Source of the DNA: Malacoraja senta
Lineage: Eukaryota
Assembly: GCA_038087875.1 (NCBI GenBank)
Contig: CM075991.1
Coordinates: 3,596,001 to 3,660,000 of the forward strand
Reading direction: 5' to 3'
DNA length: 64,000 nt
A program made the translations under genes and the position numbers. Shown here piece by piece: positions 1 through 12,728 of this stretch (the stretch's first letter is position 1; every line of letters starts with the position of its first letter). The notes under the pieces were generated by a model. That model ran no database searches and had not been told where the DNA came from. It saw only the letters and a list, made by a program, of their open reading frames with translations.

Positions 1-237
1 TGTTTCGATCCTGACTACGGGTGCTGGCTGTACGGAGTTTGTACTGTAAGTTCTCCCTGTGACCTGCGTGGGTTTTCTCCAGGTGCTCCAGTTTCCTCCC
101 TCATTCCAAAGGAGTACAGGTTTGTAGGTTAATTGGCTTCATTAAAAATTGTAAATTGTCCCTAGTGTGTAGGATAGTGCCAGTGTACGGGTGATTGCTG
201 GCCGGCACGGACGTGATGGGCTGAAGGGCCTGTTTGC
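1..237 (+). mobile_element. V-SINE (HE1-like), 5' end outside the window
   Basis: V-domain tgtacggagtttgtac..ttctccc..gcgtgggttttctcc..ggtttcctccc; CR1-like tail ggg(c)cgaagggcctgtt. Confidence 0.85.
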
Positions 238-3200
238 CAGTTCAGTTTATTGCCACGCGTACCGAGGTACAGTGAAACGCTTTTGCTGCACGCTAACCAG
301 TCAGCGGAAAGGCAATACATGATTACAATCGAGCTATTTACAGTGTACAGATACATGATAAGGCAATAACGTTTAGTGCAAGGTTAAGACTGCAAAGTCT
401 GAGGGTCCAGAATGAGATAGATAATAGTTTAGGACTGCTCTCTGGTTGCTGTAGGATGGTTCAGTTGCCTGATAGAGTACAGAGTTTGTACGTTCTCCCT
501 GTGACCGTGTGGGTTTTCTCCAGGTGCTCCGGTTTCCTCCCACACTCCAAAGACGTGTAGGTTTGTAGGTTAATTGGCTTCTGCAAAATTGTAATTTGAC
601 CCTGATGTGTAGGATAGTGCTGGTGTACAGGGATCGCTGGTCAACATGGACTCGGTGGGCCGAAGGGCCACTTTCTACACTGTATCTCTAAAGACTAAAG
701 TAAAAAAAAATGTTGTCATATGTATCAACAAAGGAACAATGAAATTCTTACTTGCAGCAGCATAACTGGCCTGTAACACAAGACACATAGATAATATATA
801 ATAAACGAAACTCAATGAATTAGTAAGCCCAATACTAGTGCAAAGGAAAGCCCAAAGTCCATAGTGGAACCAGGGACAATCATCAGTTCACAGGTTAGTG
901 TTGTGCAGTATTCAACAGCCTGATAGAAGTTGGGAAGAAGCTATTTTTGAAGTTGGTGGACACAGTTTTGAGACTCCTTTACCTTCCTGATGGTAGGAGT
1001 AAAATGAGAACGTGGCCAGGGTAGCGTGAATCTTTGGTGATATTTGCTGCCTTTTTGAGGCAGCGCGTTCTATGGATCCCTTTGATGGTGAAGAGGTCCT
1101 CACAAAAGATGTTTAGCTGAGTTTAGTTTAGAGATTACCATGCATGCACGAAACATGTTCCCGATGTTGGGGGAGTCCAGAACCAGGGGCCACAGTTTAA
1201 GAATAAGGGGTAAGCCATTTAGAACGGAGACGAGGAAACACTTTTTCTCACAGAGAGTTGTGAGTCTGTGGAATTCTCTGCGGTAGAGGCCGGTTTTCTG
1301 GATACTTTCAAGAGAGAGCTGGATAGGTCTCTTAAAGATAGGGGATATGGGGAGAAGGCAGGAACGGGGTACTGAATGGAGATGATCAGCCATGATCACA
1401 TTGAATGGCGGTGCTGGCTCGAATATTATCTATTGCCTTTTGTATCTATACACTGTGAATGGCTCGATTGTAATCATGTATTGTCTTTCCGCTGACTGGT
1501 TAGCACACAACAAATGCTTTTCACTGTAGCTCGGTACACGTGACAATAAACTAAACTGGGAAACAGGACCTTCGGCCCACCGAGTCCGTGCCGACCAGCG
1601 ATTACCCATACACCAGCACTATCCAATACACTAGGGGCAATTTTCAATTTTTATGGAGGCCTATTAACCTACAAACCTGTAGGATTTGGAATGTGGGGGG
1701 AAACCGGAGCACCTGGGGAAAACCCACATGGTCACAAACAAGCCTGTACAGGCACATTGTTATATATTTGTGTAACAATCAGAAATGTGGGGGTTCTGTG
1801 TAGGACACTCCTGGAAAACAATTGACGGGGGAGGAAAATGTAACAGCACTTTGGAGCTACTCACCCAGGCTACTCCAGCAATATCCACCGAAAGCCCACA
1901 GCATTGACCATGAAGAAACTCCAGAGCGTTGAGTCCATGGGAGGAACACCACCGCCTGCAGCTTCCCCCAAAACCCCCGCATCATCCTGACTAGGAAAAA
2001 TGTTGTTGGTAGAAACAAGGAACTGCAGATGCAGGTTTACTAAAAAGAACGCAATGTCTGAAGAAAGCTTCCGACCCGAAACATCACCTATCCATGTTCT
2101 CTAGGGATGCCTCCTGACCCACTGAGTTACTTCAGCATTTTGTGTCCTAATATGTTGTTGGTCACTTGGTGATGCTGGGTCTAAATCCTAGAACTCCAAT
2201 CCCAAGGGCAGTGTATGGGATGATCGCTGGTCGGCGCGGACACGGTGGGCTGAAGAGTGGGCCGGTGGACCACGGTTCATGAGGTGCCTCATCACTACCT
2301 TCTGATGGGCAATTAAGTGCAGTTAAACACAGAGACTCACTGGTTCCAATACCTAGTTCTTCAAAAGTAGCAATACAAGTAGACACGGTAGTGAAGAAGG
2401 CAGCTGGCATGCTTGCCTTCATTGCCCATGGCATTGAGTACAAACGTTTACATTCATTTAGTTCAGCGATACAGCGTGGAAACAGGCCCTCCTGCCCGCT
2501 GAGTCCGTGCCGAGCAACAGTCACCCCTGCACCCTAGTTCTATCCTACATGCTAGGGACAATTTACAGAAACAAATTAACCGACAAAGCTGCACGTCTTT
2601 GGAGTGTGGGAGGAAACCGGAGCACACGGAGAAAACCCACACGGTCACTGGGAGAACGTACAAGCTCTGTACGGACAGCACCCCTGGTCAGGATTGAACG
2701 CAGGTCTCTGGTACTGTCAGGCAGCAACTCTACCGCTGCGCCACTGTACTGCCCTGGTCGGGATGTCATGATACAGGTGTATGTAATGTCAGTTCGTCTG
2801 CAATTTTGCAGTATTGCGTGCAGTGCTGATTCATGCTGCAACAGGACTATGATTCAGCTTGTGATGGCGCCAAAAAGATTTGCAAGAATGTTGTCTAGTC
2901 TCGAGGGCTTGAGTTAGAAGGAGATATGCAAGGTTGTTGGCAGGACTTTTACGAAAATATTGCCAGGACATGAGGGCCTAAATCTCGGGGAGAGGTTGAG
3001 CAGGCTAGGATATCACGACATCCGGTTTCCTCCCACACTCCAAAGATGTGCAGATTTGTAGGTTAATTGCCTTCTGTAAATTGTCCCAAATGTCCACCGA
3101 GTCCGTACTGACCAGCAATTACCCGAACACTAGCACTATCCTACACACTGGGGGCAATTTACAAATTTTAACAAAGCCAATTAACCTACAAGCCTGTATG

Positions 3201-3464
3201 TCTTTGGAATGTGGGAGGAAACTGGAGCACCCGGAGAAAACCCACGCAGGTCACAGGGAGAACGTACAATACAAACTCCGTCCAGCCAGCACCCGTAGTC
3301 AGGATCGAAACAAAGTCTCTGGCGCTGTAAGGCACCAACTCTACCGTTGCACCAACGTGCCTCCTCCTGTGACATTTCTTTTTATCCCAAGGTTTCCTGT
3401 GCCTCGCAGCCTAGTTTCCTCTTGACGTAATGACCTCCCTTTCCAACTTCAGACCAGTTGTGGG

Positions 3465-3865
3465 CAAAGAACCTATAGCGAGCAAGACAGTCCACTCGAC
3501 GAAAAAGACGTAGTACGGTCATGGGCAGATTCATGGGTAATTTTCGGCCCCATTTCCGTAACCGGCTTCCGTCTCCGCATCAAAGATCCCATAGCGGAGC
3601 AAAGATACTATTGCGGAGACGGAAGCCAGTTATGGAAACATACTCGTAAAAATAAAAGTTCTTTGGTAAAAATCTTCTCCTCATTTTCAGAATTATAATT
3701 TATTAACACAAACTGTTCCCCCGCAACGTTGATTACACTGCGAGTCGGGTCGGGTTACTGAAATGGATTTTTTTAAAAGGCCCACGTTCCGCTCCGTTGC
3801 GTACTAATTGTCAGCCCATTGCATTTAGCAGGAGTGGTCTATCTTGCTCTGCTGTAGGATCTTTA
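3465..3865. mobile_element. non-autonomous hAT-type element
   Basis: About 33-bp imperfect TIRs (CAAAGA.CCTA.AGC..AGCAAGA.AG.CCACTC); 8-bp TSD gttgtggg/gttgtgtg. Confidence 0.8.
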
Positions 3866-5193
3866 GTTGTGTGCACAGAAGCCCTGGGCTGATTTATTGC
3901 AAGGCAAATATTTTTTTTCCCTCAGTAAAAGTCTGAAATTGAAACGCATTTCACTGAGCACCTTTCATTTGGATAATGTTACATATCCTAAAAACAGTAC
4001 AGCTCATGAACATCATCTCTCACTGAACCCGAGGCGTCATCCATTCCTTCTCTCCAGAGATGCTGCCTGACCCGCTGAGCAATTCCAGCATTTTGTGTGT
4101 CTACCTACGATTTAAACCAGTATCTGCAGTTCTTTCCTACACAGGAACAGGCACCTTCAGTCCATAATGTCCATGCCAAAGATGATGCCAAGATCAACTC
4201 ATCTCATCTGCTTGCTCATCATCCATATCCCTCCACATCCATTCCAGGCATTGAAGATGTCATTATCAACGTCGTTCATCCAGCAGCATGGTAATGGGAC
4301 AGTTTGGTGTAAAATGCCTCAGTTAGATCTGCCATATGTGTATTTACAATGGAAGGACAGGTCAAAACAAAAGCACCAAACAGTGGAAGACTCTTGTTTA
4401 AAAAATATGCACAGTACGTACATCCTAACATTTGAGTTTAGTTTAGTTTGGGAATAATAACATGGAAACAGGCCCTTCGGCCCATCGAGTCCATGCTGAT
4501 CAGCAATCACCTGTACACCAGTTCTATCCTACACACTAGGGACAATTTACAGAAACCAATTAATCTACAAGCCTGCACGTTTGTAGAATGTGGGATGAAA
4601 CCAAATTGGGCGCATTGGTAGAGTTGCTGCCTCTCAGTGGCAGAGACCCCGGTTCGATCCTGACCGTGGGTGCTGTCTGTGCGGAGTTTGTACGTTCTCC
4701 CAGTGAGCGCATGTTTTTTTCTGCCGGTGCTCCAGTTTCCTTCCACATTCCAAAGACGTGCAGGTTTGTAGGTTAATTGGCTTCTGTAAATTGTCCCCAG
4801 AGTCTAGGGTAGAACTAGTGTATGAGAGGTTGCTGGCTGGCACCGACTCGGTGAGCTGAACGGCCTGTTTTCACGCTGTAACTCTAAATCAAACTAAACC
4901 ACCAGAGAAACCCCACGCAGTCACAGGTAGAATGTTCAGACAGCAGCCGTAATCAGGCTGGAAACTGGGACTCTGGATTGTAAAACAGCAGCTCAAAAGG
5001 CATGTGAGTTTGCAGGTTAATTGGCCCTCTGTAAATTGCCCCTAGTGTGTAAGGTGGAATATAGAACATAGATAACATAGAATTAGTGCAAACAGGTGAT
5101 CGTTGGACAGCAGGGTCTCGGTGGGCCGATGGGCCTCTTCCCATACTGTAACTTTCAATCAATAAAAAACTTCAAATTAGAAAAAAAATCACC

Positions 5194-5199
5194 TTTATT
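5194..5199 (-). promoter_or_regulatory. candidate polyadenylation signal (AATAAA) for ADAM9, implying a 3'UTR of about 3.5 kb
   Basis: AATAAA on minus strand after an AT-rich unique stretch, followed by T-rich sequence; an alternative AATAAA lies at 6911-6916. Confidence 0.35.
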
Positions 5200-5569
5200 G
5201 CATTATTGTCCTTTGCACAGATTAAATAAAAGCCATCTGTAATTCATTTGTGCATAATCTCTTTACATCTCTTAAGGAAAAAAATAATCAGTTATTCTTG
5301 AAAATGTTATATACGACTCATTTTAAAACAAAAAGTGCAAATATTCAAGAAAGATATAGGATATACAATGATCGGGGTCCCTGGGAGCAAGTGTGGACTC
5401 CAAGATTCTATAAAACGGCATCGATTTCATTACCAACCCAGTCCTCAGAGTCACTTAATTTCATCCGCGCAATCGGTGTGTGGAATCTAAAAATAGACAA
5501 TACACTTGTGGCTGCAGCATCCTGTCATTCTCTGTAAAGGTCATAGTCAAGTTATGGTCTTTGCTTGGG

Positions 5570-5762
5570 AAGGAACTGCAGATTCTGGTTTGCTCCGAAG
5601 ATAGACGCAAAAAATGCTGGAGTAACTCAGCAGGACAGGCCGCATCTCTGGAGAGAAGGAATGGGTACCGCTGAAGAAGGGTCTCGACCCGAAACGTCAC
5701 CCATTCCTTCTCTCCACAGATGCTGCCTGTCCCTCTGAGTTGCTCCAGCACTTTGTGTCTGT
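5570..5762. mobile_element. palindromic PLE terminal-repeat derivative (head-to-head inverted arms)
   Basis: Arm 5610-5667 (aatgctggagtaactcagc...gagaaggaatggg) is the reverse complement of 5700-5757. Similar hairpins near 20880-21090, 23675-23910, 30045-30190, 32295-32520, 36361-36618, 46885-47060, 49860-50035, 53850-54065, 59930-60082. Confidence 0.85.
5671..5698 (+). ncRNA. minimal hammerhead-ribozyme-like core (PLE repeat)
   Basis: CTGAAGA-A-GGGT[CTCG]ACCC-GAAAC-GTC. Confidence 0.55.
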
Positions 5763-5937
5763 CTATGGTCTTTGCTTTACTGCTCAGTAATGCCTTGTGG
5801 CTACTTCTGACAAAGTCACATGAAATTCAGATGACAAAAACCCAAAATACCATGCCATTTCAAATTCTATAAACTGTCTTAAACCCAGATTTAAAATCCC
5901 ATCTCTAAATGGGTCTTTAAAAAAAATCTACATAAAA

Positions 5938-6540
5938 CAAAACTTTGTCATAATGGACAATTTTTGTTACTGCAAACTAAAAATACTAAAGAATGTTTGT
6001 TGCATTGTTTAATACAGTTAAGGGCCTGTCCCACTGTACGAGGTAATTCAAGAGTTCTCCCGAGTTTTCCCCTGATTCGAAATAGGAGAATGTCCGTAGC
6101 GGGTCCATAGGAGTTCGTGGATGTCTCGTAGCGGCTCGTACGAGTAAAAAGTTTTTTAAAATGTCATCACTTGTATTTTTTTTACTCGTGGACATTTTTG
6201 AAAAAACGTCACGAGTTTACCGGATTTCCCGAGTACCTACCGTTACTCGTACGAGACGCTACGAGACATCCACGAACTCCTACGGACCCGCTACGGACAT
6301 TCTCCGAGTTCGAATCAGGGGAAAACTCGGGAGAACTCGTGAATTACCTCGTACAGTGGGACAGGCCCTTTAAGTGTCGGTCGAGGAAATTGTTTGTCAA
6401 TTTCAACGCCTCGCCAATTTCAATCCCTTGCCAATTTCAATGCCTTGTTAATTTCAATAGCCTCCGCATTGAAACTAGCAGCCTGTGTTCTTGAAGACAT
6501 AATCTATTATAAAGAGGTCTGTAATATCGAGGGTTTATTG
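5938..6540. mobile_element. second, internally deleted copy of the Tigger-like element, interrupted by a Harbinger MITE
   Basis: Shares tgttactgcaa.ctaaaaatactaaag, caatttcaat repeats, actagcagcctgt and cgagggtttattg|ta with 11555-12049. Confidence 0.65.
6021..6369. mobile_element. PIF/Harbinger-type MITE
   Basis: TIR AGGGCCTGTCCCAC with TTA TSD on both sides; the empty site is visible in the paralogous host near 11602-11618. Confidence 0.88.
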
Positions 6541-8702
6541 TAATAGAATTTAGACTGTTGTTTATCTGAAATTTGCACATTTAATAGAAATTAAATGTTC
6601 CTTTGTTCAAAGTGTGTTGCAAGAACCCACAAATAGCAAACTATTGGGTCAGCTTCCAGCCCATGATTAATCCTACAGTCTGTTGCAAGCACTGGAACAA
6701 TATCAGTTTAACAACTACAGATTTTAAAGCATCACTTACTGGATATCATTTTTTGAACAGCAGAAGATCAATTCATTTTTTAATTAAGAAATAGTCACAG
6801 CGTAAGTTTTTTTTTACATGGTTCTGGGCTGTAATAATATTGACTAAACATAGTTCAATGGGATTCAAGCAATAACACTGGGTATAACCAAATCCCAAAT
6901 CACAGTGTCATTTATTTCCTTGTTGCAGATTCAAAGACTATTTGGCTTTACAGCACATGTCTGTGTCAGTGTCAGTGTAGGTCCACCACTGATTTTCCAC
7001 CGAAATTGACAAGGCATTGAAATTGACAAGGCATTGAAATTGACAAGGTTCCAGAGCCTTTCTGGATTATCTGTTTTTGCTGGAACAACAGAGGTCACGG
7101 CCTCCGAGAGGAGTCCATGGATACCGGAACTTGCAGCCGGGGGGGGGGGGGGGGCCGAGATACCGCCCCCCAAAGTCGGCTATGGGAACAGATCCGCTGG
7201 CTCTGGCCGGGCTGGAGTTCCAGAGCCCTGGCCGCTTGGGGGCAAATTCGACCTGATGATATGCGCAGAAGTGCCGATGAGGTCGAGATCGGCCACCTCA
7301 CCCGGCCTAGTCACCCCACTTTTGGGGGAACTTCTGCGGGGGGGGGGGGGGGGGGGTGGGGGATTTCAAGTGTGCTCTCCGAATTTTGTACGGATTAAAA
7401 GAGGTGCCGGACCGCCAGTTGCCGGAAAATCGGTGGTGGACCCCTCTCGGAACTACCGATGAATTGAGTACAAACCCTTGGTCATCGCATTGTGAACATA
7501 ATGTATTGGAGGTGGAATTTGTCCATTGGTATGGACATGACTTTTGCAAATATCACACTCATCTGAGCATTTTTGGTGGAAATGTTCGCCTTGAATCTGC
7601 AGCAAATAGCATGTGGTTTATGACACAAAGTGCAAGGGGCAATCAATCAGGAGTTAAATAGAACCCTCAGCACACCTGGTCCACAATTGTCCTCTCCACA
7701 CAGTATGAAACCTAAACTAATTGAGAGAAAATGCTAGTAAAATGAAATGTTCCACATCGCTGCAAATGAGGTGCCAAATTCACGTGCAGAACTCATTTGC
7801 ACAACTAGGTTCATTTTACAGCTAGCCACCGCTGTGTAACGAGGGCTTAACTTTTAACCCAGTCTGATGACCCCAAATGCCGTCTGTCAACTTCCCTCCA
7901 CAGATGCTGCCTGCCCCGCTGAGTTCCTCCAGCACTCTGCCCTTTGTTGAAGATTTCAGCATCCTATCGAATAGTGCACGGCCTGCATGGAGTGGATGTG
8001 GAGGGGATAGTTCCGCTGGCGGGAGAGTCTCGGGCCAGAGGCCGCCACAACACCGTGCCGCCTAACGCTTCAATTGTTCTATATGATCATGTGTACCAAG
8101 GTACAGTGAGGTTCTTTCTTTGCATACAGATCAGGAAGATTACTGCCACGAACAGAAGATGGAGGGTGATGGTGGAAGGGCATTATTGAAGCTGGATGTC
8201 TGGAGTACGTCATAGATTAAGAGCGTGCCGTCCAGCTGTTAGCTATCACCCGTTGCAATCTTCGTGACTCGTAAAATAAATTAGTCGTCAGCAATAATGG
8301 ACTGTTCTGTTCCACGCATCGCTGGGCACTCAGGCATGTGATGGCTAGCGACTATGAGCGAGTGTTTTGAATGCTGAGACGTCGGGCGCTTCTTGGTAAG
8401 TGAGTAGACAAAGCGTAAATCACTCTCACTTCAGACGATCGGGAGCGAGAAAGAAAAGCCGAGTCGGAGGTATTCAGTTGCAACGTCCTTCCCAGATTGG
8501 GAACCGCACACGCAGTTTGTTCGAGGAGTTGTGAAGCGAAGAATGTACGGTGCAGGAATTGTTTTTAAAAACACGCTGATTTATCTGGCACAGGTAGAAA
8601 AGTCAGTCGACTCTCGGGAAGCAGGGCAGGAGCAGAGTATACAGAGCATTGATCATAGAACTATCTGTACAGGGTAGATACAGTGCAAGTTTAACAGTAC
8701 TC

Positions 8703-8760
8703 TTATACCCTCTGGGGCAGGTACACTGGTCTTGAAGGCGCGGGTCGAGGGGGCGGTGGC
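8703..8760 (-). CDS. ADAM9: ADAM9 terminal coding exon (PPPPRPAPSRPVYLPQRV*)
   Basis: cccag|G CCA CCG CCC CCT...TAA; RPPPP/RPAP SH3-ligand-type motifs. Confidence 0.88.
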
Positions 8761-8921
8761 CTGGGATTAAAGACAGGGAAAGAAGAGATTTCAGTAGAAT
8801 CAGCATACATTTATTACAATGCTCAGATCCGTCCTATTGTTGGAATAGATCAATTGTTCAGCTTAAAACGAACGCCGCAAAGGGCCGGAGTAACTCAGCG
8901 GGTGATAAGGAAGCCACGTAC

Positions 8922-8989
8922 CTGGATGGCGAAAGCTGTGATGGTCTGGCTATGTATGTTGGCACTGCTGTTCTTGTTGGACCAACCTG
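8922..8989 (-). CDS. ADAM9: ADAM9 penultimate exon (QVGPTRTAVPTYIARPSQLSPSR)
   Basis: ttttcttgtcag|CAG...AG|gtacgt, 68 nt, phase 0->2; AVPTY...PSR as in the ADAM9 tail. Confidence 0.9.
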
Positions 8990-9273
8990 CTGACAAGAAA
9001 ATAAAATCAATGGATGCACTTGATTGAATCATAGAGAGTCATCGAGTGATACAGCGTGGAAACAGGCCTTCGGCCCAACTTACCCACACTGACCAACATG
9101 TCCCATCTGCACTAGTCCCACCTGCCTGCATTTGGCCCATGTCCCTCCAAACCTGTCCTATCCATGTACCTGTCTAATTGTTTCTTAAATGTTGGGATAG
9201 TCCCAGCCTCAACTACCTCCTCTGGTAGTTCGTTACATACACCCACCACCCTTTGTGTGAAAAAGTTACCCCT

Positions 9274-9808
9274 CAATAGACAATAGACAATAGGTGCAGG
9301 AGTAGGCCATTCGGCCCTTCGAGCCAGCACCGGCATTCAATGTGATCATGGCTGATCATCCCCAATCAGTACCCCGTTCCTGCCTTCTCCCCATATCCCT
9401 GACTCCGCTATTTTTAAGAGCCCTATCTAGCTCTCTCTTGAAAGCATCCAGAGAACCTGCCTCCACCGCCCTTTGAGGCAGAGAATTCCAGACCCACCAA
9501 TCTCTGTGGAAAAAGTGTTTCCTCGTCTCCGTTCTAAATGGGCTTAATCCTTATTCTTAAACTGTGGCCCCTGGTTCTGGACTCCCCCAACATCTGGAAC
9601 ATGTTTCCTGCCTCTGGCGTCTCCAAACCCTTAACAATCTTATATGTTTCAACGAGATGCCCTCTCATCCTTCTAAACTCCAGAGTGTACAAGCCCAGCT
9701 GCTCCATTGTCTCAGCATATGACAGTCCCGCCATCCCGGGAATTAACCTTGTAAACCTACGCTGCACTCCCTCAATAGCAAGAACGTCCTTCCTCAAATT
9801 AGGGGACC
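9274..9808 (-). mobile_element. CR1 3' fragment nested in an older CR1 fragment (about 9030-10065)
   Basis: RKDVLAIEGVQRRFTRLIPGMAGLSY ORF and (CTATTGT)n tail; the host resumes at ccctcagattcc. Confidence 0.9.
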
Positions 9809-10116
9809 CTCAGATTCCTATTAAATCTTATCCTCTTCATCTTAAACTTATGTCCTCTGGTTCTCGAATGCTCTAGTCAGGGCAAGAGACTCTGCGTCTA
9901 TCGAATCTATTGCGCTCATGATTTTATACACCTCTATAAGATCACCCCTCAGCCTCTTGCGCTCCAAGGAATAGAGTCCGAGCCTGCTCAACCTCTCCCT
10001 ATAGCTCAGACCTCGAGTCATGGCAAAACATCGTAAATCTTCTCTAAACCCTTTCCAGCTTGACAATTTTTTAACTCAGGACTGCAACGTGCAAACAAAA
10101 ATCACTCCCAGTAATC

Positions 10117-10822
10117 TTATATCATGGAAGTGTACAATATCATGAGATGAATAGATCGGAAAAACGCAGAGTCTCTTGCCAGAGTAAGGGAATCGAGAAC
10201 CAGAGAACATAGGTTTAAGGTGAGGGGGGAAAGATTTAATAGGAACCTGAGGGGTAACTTTTTACACAAATGGTTGTGAGTGTATGGAACGAGCTGCCAG
10301 AGGAGGTAGTTGAGGCAGGTACTATCACGACTTATAAGAAACATTTCGACAGGTACGTGGATAGGACAGGTTTAGAGGGATATGGGTCAAATGCAGGCAG
10401 ATATGAATGTAAGGGGAAAGTATACGTTAAATTACGGAGGAATCTTTGTGTCCAAGTCCATAGCTCCCTGCAAGTGAGAACACAAGTAGATAGAGTGGTA
10501 GAGAAGGTGTAGGGTATGCTCGCATTCATTGTTTGGGGCATTAAGTATAAGAGTCAGGAAGTCGTGATGCAGCTACATAGGACGTGGGTTAGGCTGCATT
10601 TGGAATATCGCGTGCAGTTCTGGACACCCCTTTACAGGAAGATGTCGAGGCCTTGGAGAGGATGCAGAGGAGGTTCACCAGAAAGCTGCAGTTCTCAGTT
10701 TCTACACTTAACGAGAATGCTGCCTGGATTATGTCAAATTAGCTATAATGAGATGGTGAACAAACTTGGATCCTTTTCTCTGGATCTCTGGAGGTTGAGA
10801 GGAGAGCTGATAGAAGTATATT
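10117..10822 (+). mobile_element. older CR1 fragments
   Basis: WNELPEEVVEAGTI and VRLHLEYRVQFWTP remnants. Confidence 0.8.
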
Positions 10823-10825
10823 AAA

Positions 10826-11165
10826 TAGTAAACTCTCGTTATAATGGGCCTCAGGGAGGGAGAATGAGTGTATGTTACAGTAGACCCTTGTTACAACAGA
10901 GCATGGGGCGGAAACTGGTGTCAGTATAGTAAACCCTTGTTACAATGGACCATGGCGGTGGGGATTGGTGTGTGTTACTGTAATCTCTTGTTATAATGGG
11001 CCCATGGGTGGGGGTGGGGGGGGGGGAGGTGGTGTGTGTTACAGTAAACCCTTGTTATAATGGGCCATTGAGGGGGTGGGGTGGTATGTGTTACAGTAGA
11101 CCCTTGTTATAATGGACCATGGGGGAGGCGTTTAATTGTATATGTTACCGTTATAGCGGACACTG
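10826..11165. repeat. tandem array of about 50-64-bp units built on the transposon TIR
   Basis: Units start at 10826, 10878, 10927, 10978, 11042 and 11094. Confidence 0.85.
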
Positions 11166-11634
11166 GGGGAATGGCAATTGCCCGCTATAACCGAGTAAGG
11201 GTTTTTCTCCATTGACATCAGTGGGTTGTGGCGCTGGTCAGAATCCTGGAGCCTCGTCACTGCGAGCCCAGCGGGACCTCCCTCACCACACAGAGCGCAG
11301 TGGCGCAAGAAGGCCACCTGGCACTACCTTCACCAGCGTTGCCTCTGCTGCTGGTTCCCACAGTCAGAGACTGAGAGCAAAACAGGCGGTGTAACGGGGT
11401 GTGGACACCCTGTCCCGCTCTAACCGAGACTCCCACGACCAAAGTGCCCGCCCAGAGTTCAGGGTAAAAGGCCATCCACCTTCACCATTAACTCCGTTTC
11501 TCATTCTGAAGACACTAACCTGTAGAGTGTACAAGGTTCTTAACAGCTAAAAATTGATTTTGTTACTGCAAGCTAAAAATACTAAAGGCTGTTTAATACA
11601 TTGTTTAATAGTTAAGTGCTGATAAAGTCATGTC

Positions 11635-11958
11635 CAATTTCAATGCCTTGTCAATTTCTATGTCACCTTCAATGGCCTTGTCAATTTCAATGGCCTTGTC
11701 AATTTCTATGTCCTTGTCAATTTCAATGGCCTTGTCAATTTCAATGGCCTTGTCAATTTCAATGGCCTTGCCAATTTCAATGGCCTTGCCAATTTCAATG
11801 GCCTTGCCAATTTCAATGGCCTTGCCAATTTCAATGGCCTTGCCAATTTCAATGGCCTTGTCAATTTCAATGGCCTTGCCAATTTCAATGGCCTTGCCAA
11901 TTTCAATGGCCTTGCCAATGGGCTTGTCAATTCCTATGGTCTTGTCAATTTCAATGAC
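11635..11958. repeat. 18-bp minisatellite (CAATTTCAATGGCCTTG[T/C]), about 18 units
   Basis: Direct inspection; short versions at 6405-6460 and, reversed, at 7003-7048. Confidence 0.95.
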
Positions 11959-12638
11959 CTCCGCAGTGTAACTAGCAGCCTGTCTTTTTAAAGAGACGAC
12001 TATAACCATAATCCATTATAAAGAGGTTTGTGATAACGAGGGTTTACCGCACTGGAAGTGACAGTGCATTATACTTGGTCATTGATATTCAGTTCTATTA
12101 CGTTTAACATAAGTGGCCAGGGATAAATATCTAGGCAGAGTTTAGCAGATTGGATGCAGAATAGACGAGCAGTTACAGTAACAGCATCGCACAATTCCTC
12201 CTGAGGGTATTGTTACAAGATTTTCTTCTATCTGCCCAAAGGCATTCCATTTTTTTTGGCTCTGACAGCCACCCGCACAGCACCATGTAGATGCTGTGAC
12301 TGTGAAAGGTAAACACATGGAGAATTAGCAGCATGCAAAATTGATTCAAAGCAGCGAAGCACAAAAAAAATGCAGATGCTTCAAATCTAGAATAGAAGCA
12401 GAAAAGGCCGGCATTTACTCATCAGGGCTGTCAGAAACAATTCAGATGAAGGGTCATGGATCCAAAACATTATTTCTGTTCCGCCCTTCACGCGTGCTGC
12501 CTGGCTTTGGCAATTTTCTGCTTTTATCTGAGATTCAAAGCTTTCGTACAAAACACAAAGTTCTCCGAATTTGCCTGCCTTGTCAAAGGACAAATGGAAA
12601 TCGTAAAGTAATTAAACGGTTAAAAGGTTACAGGGCAC

Positions 12639-12728
12639 CTGTGTTGCTGCCATGAACATTGGATTGAGCTGTGTTTGTTGCTCTGTGTCTGTGGGAGGTA
12701 CATGATTGGGAACTGTTGTTAGATCATT
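12639..12728 (-). CDS. ADAM9: candidate 90-nt cytoplasmic exon (NDLTTVPNHVPPTDTEQQTQLNPMFMAATQ)
   Basis: tcctttcttcag|AAT...CAG|gtgccc; phase 0->0, open frame, Pro/Thr/Gln-rich, non-repetitive; weak donor. Confidence 0.5.

Larger units (their letters stand above)
10826..12049. mobile_element. non-autonomous Tc1/mariner (Tigger/pogo-like) element with tandemly amplified left TIR and an internal 18-bp array
   Basis: Left (c/t)agtaaac(c/t)ctcgttataa versus right gataacgagggtttaccg; the 3' part is shared with 5938-6540. Confidence 0.65.

Noticed and set aside
10826..11165. CRISPR-like repeat-spacer array
   Set aside because: Eukaryotic intron, degenerate repeats, spacers related to each other, no cas genes; the repeat equals a transposon TIR.
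11605..12009. Repetitive ORFs (KAIEIG, WPCQFQ, ARPLKL)
   Set aside because: Translations of the 18-bp tandem repeat inside a transposon.
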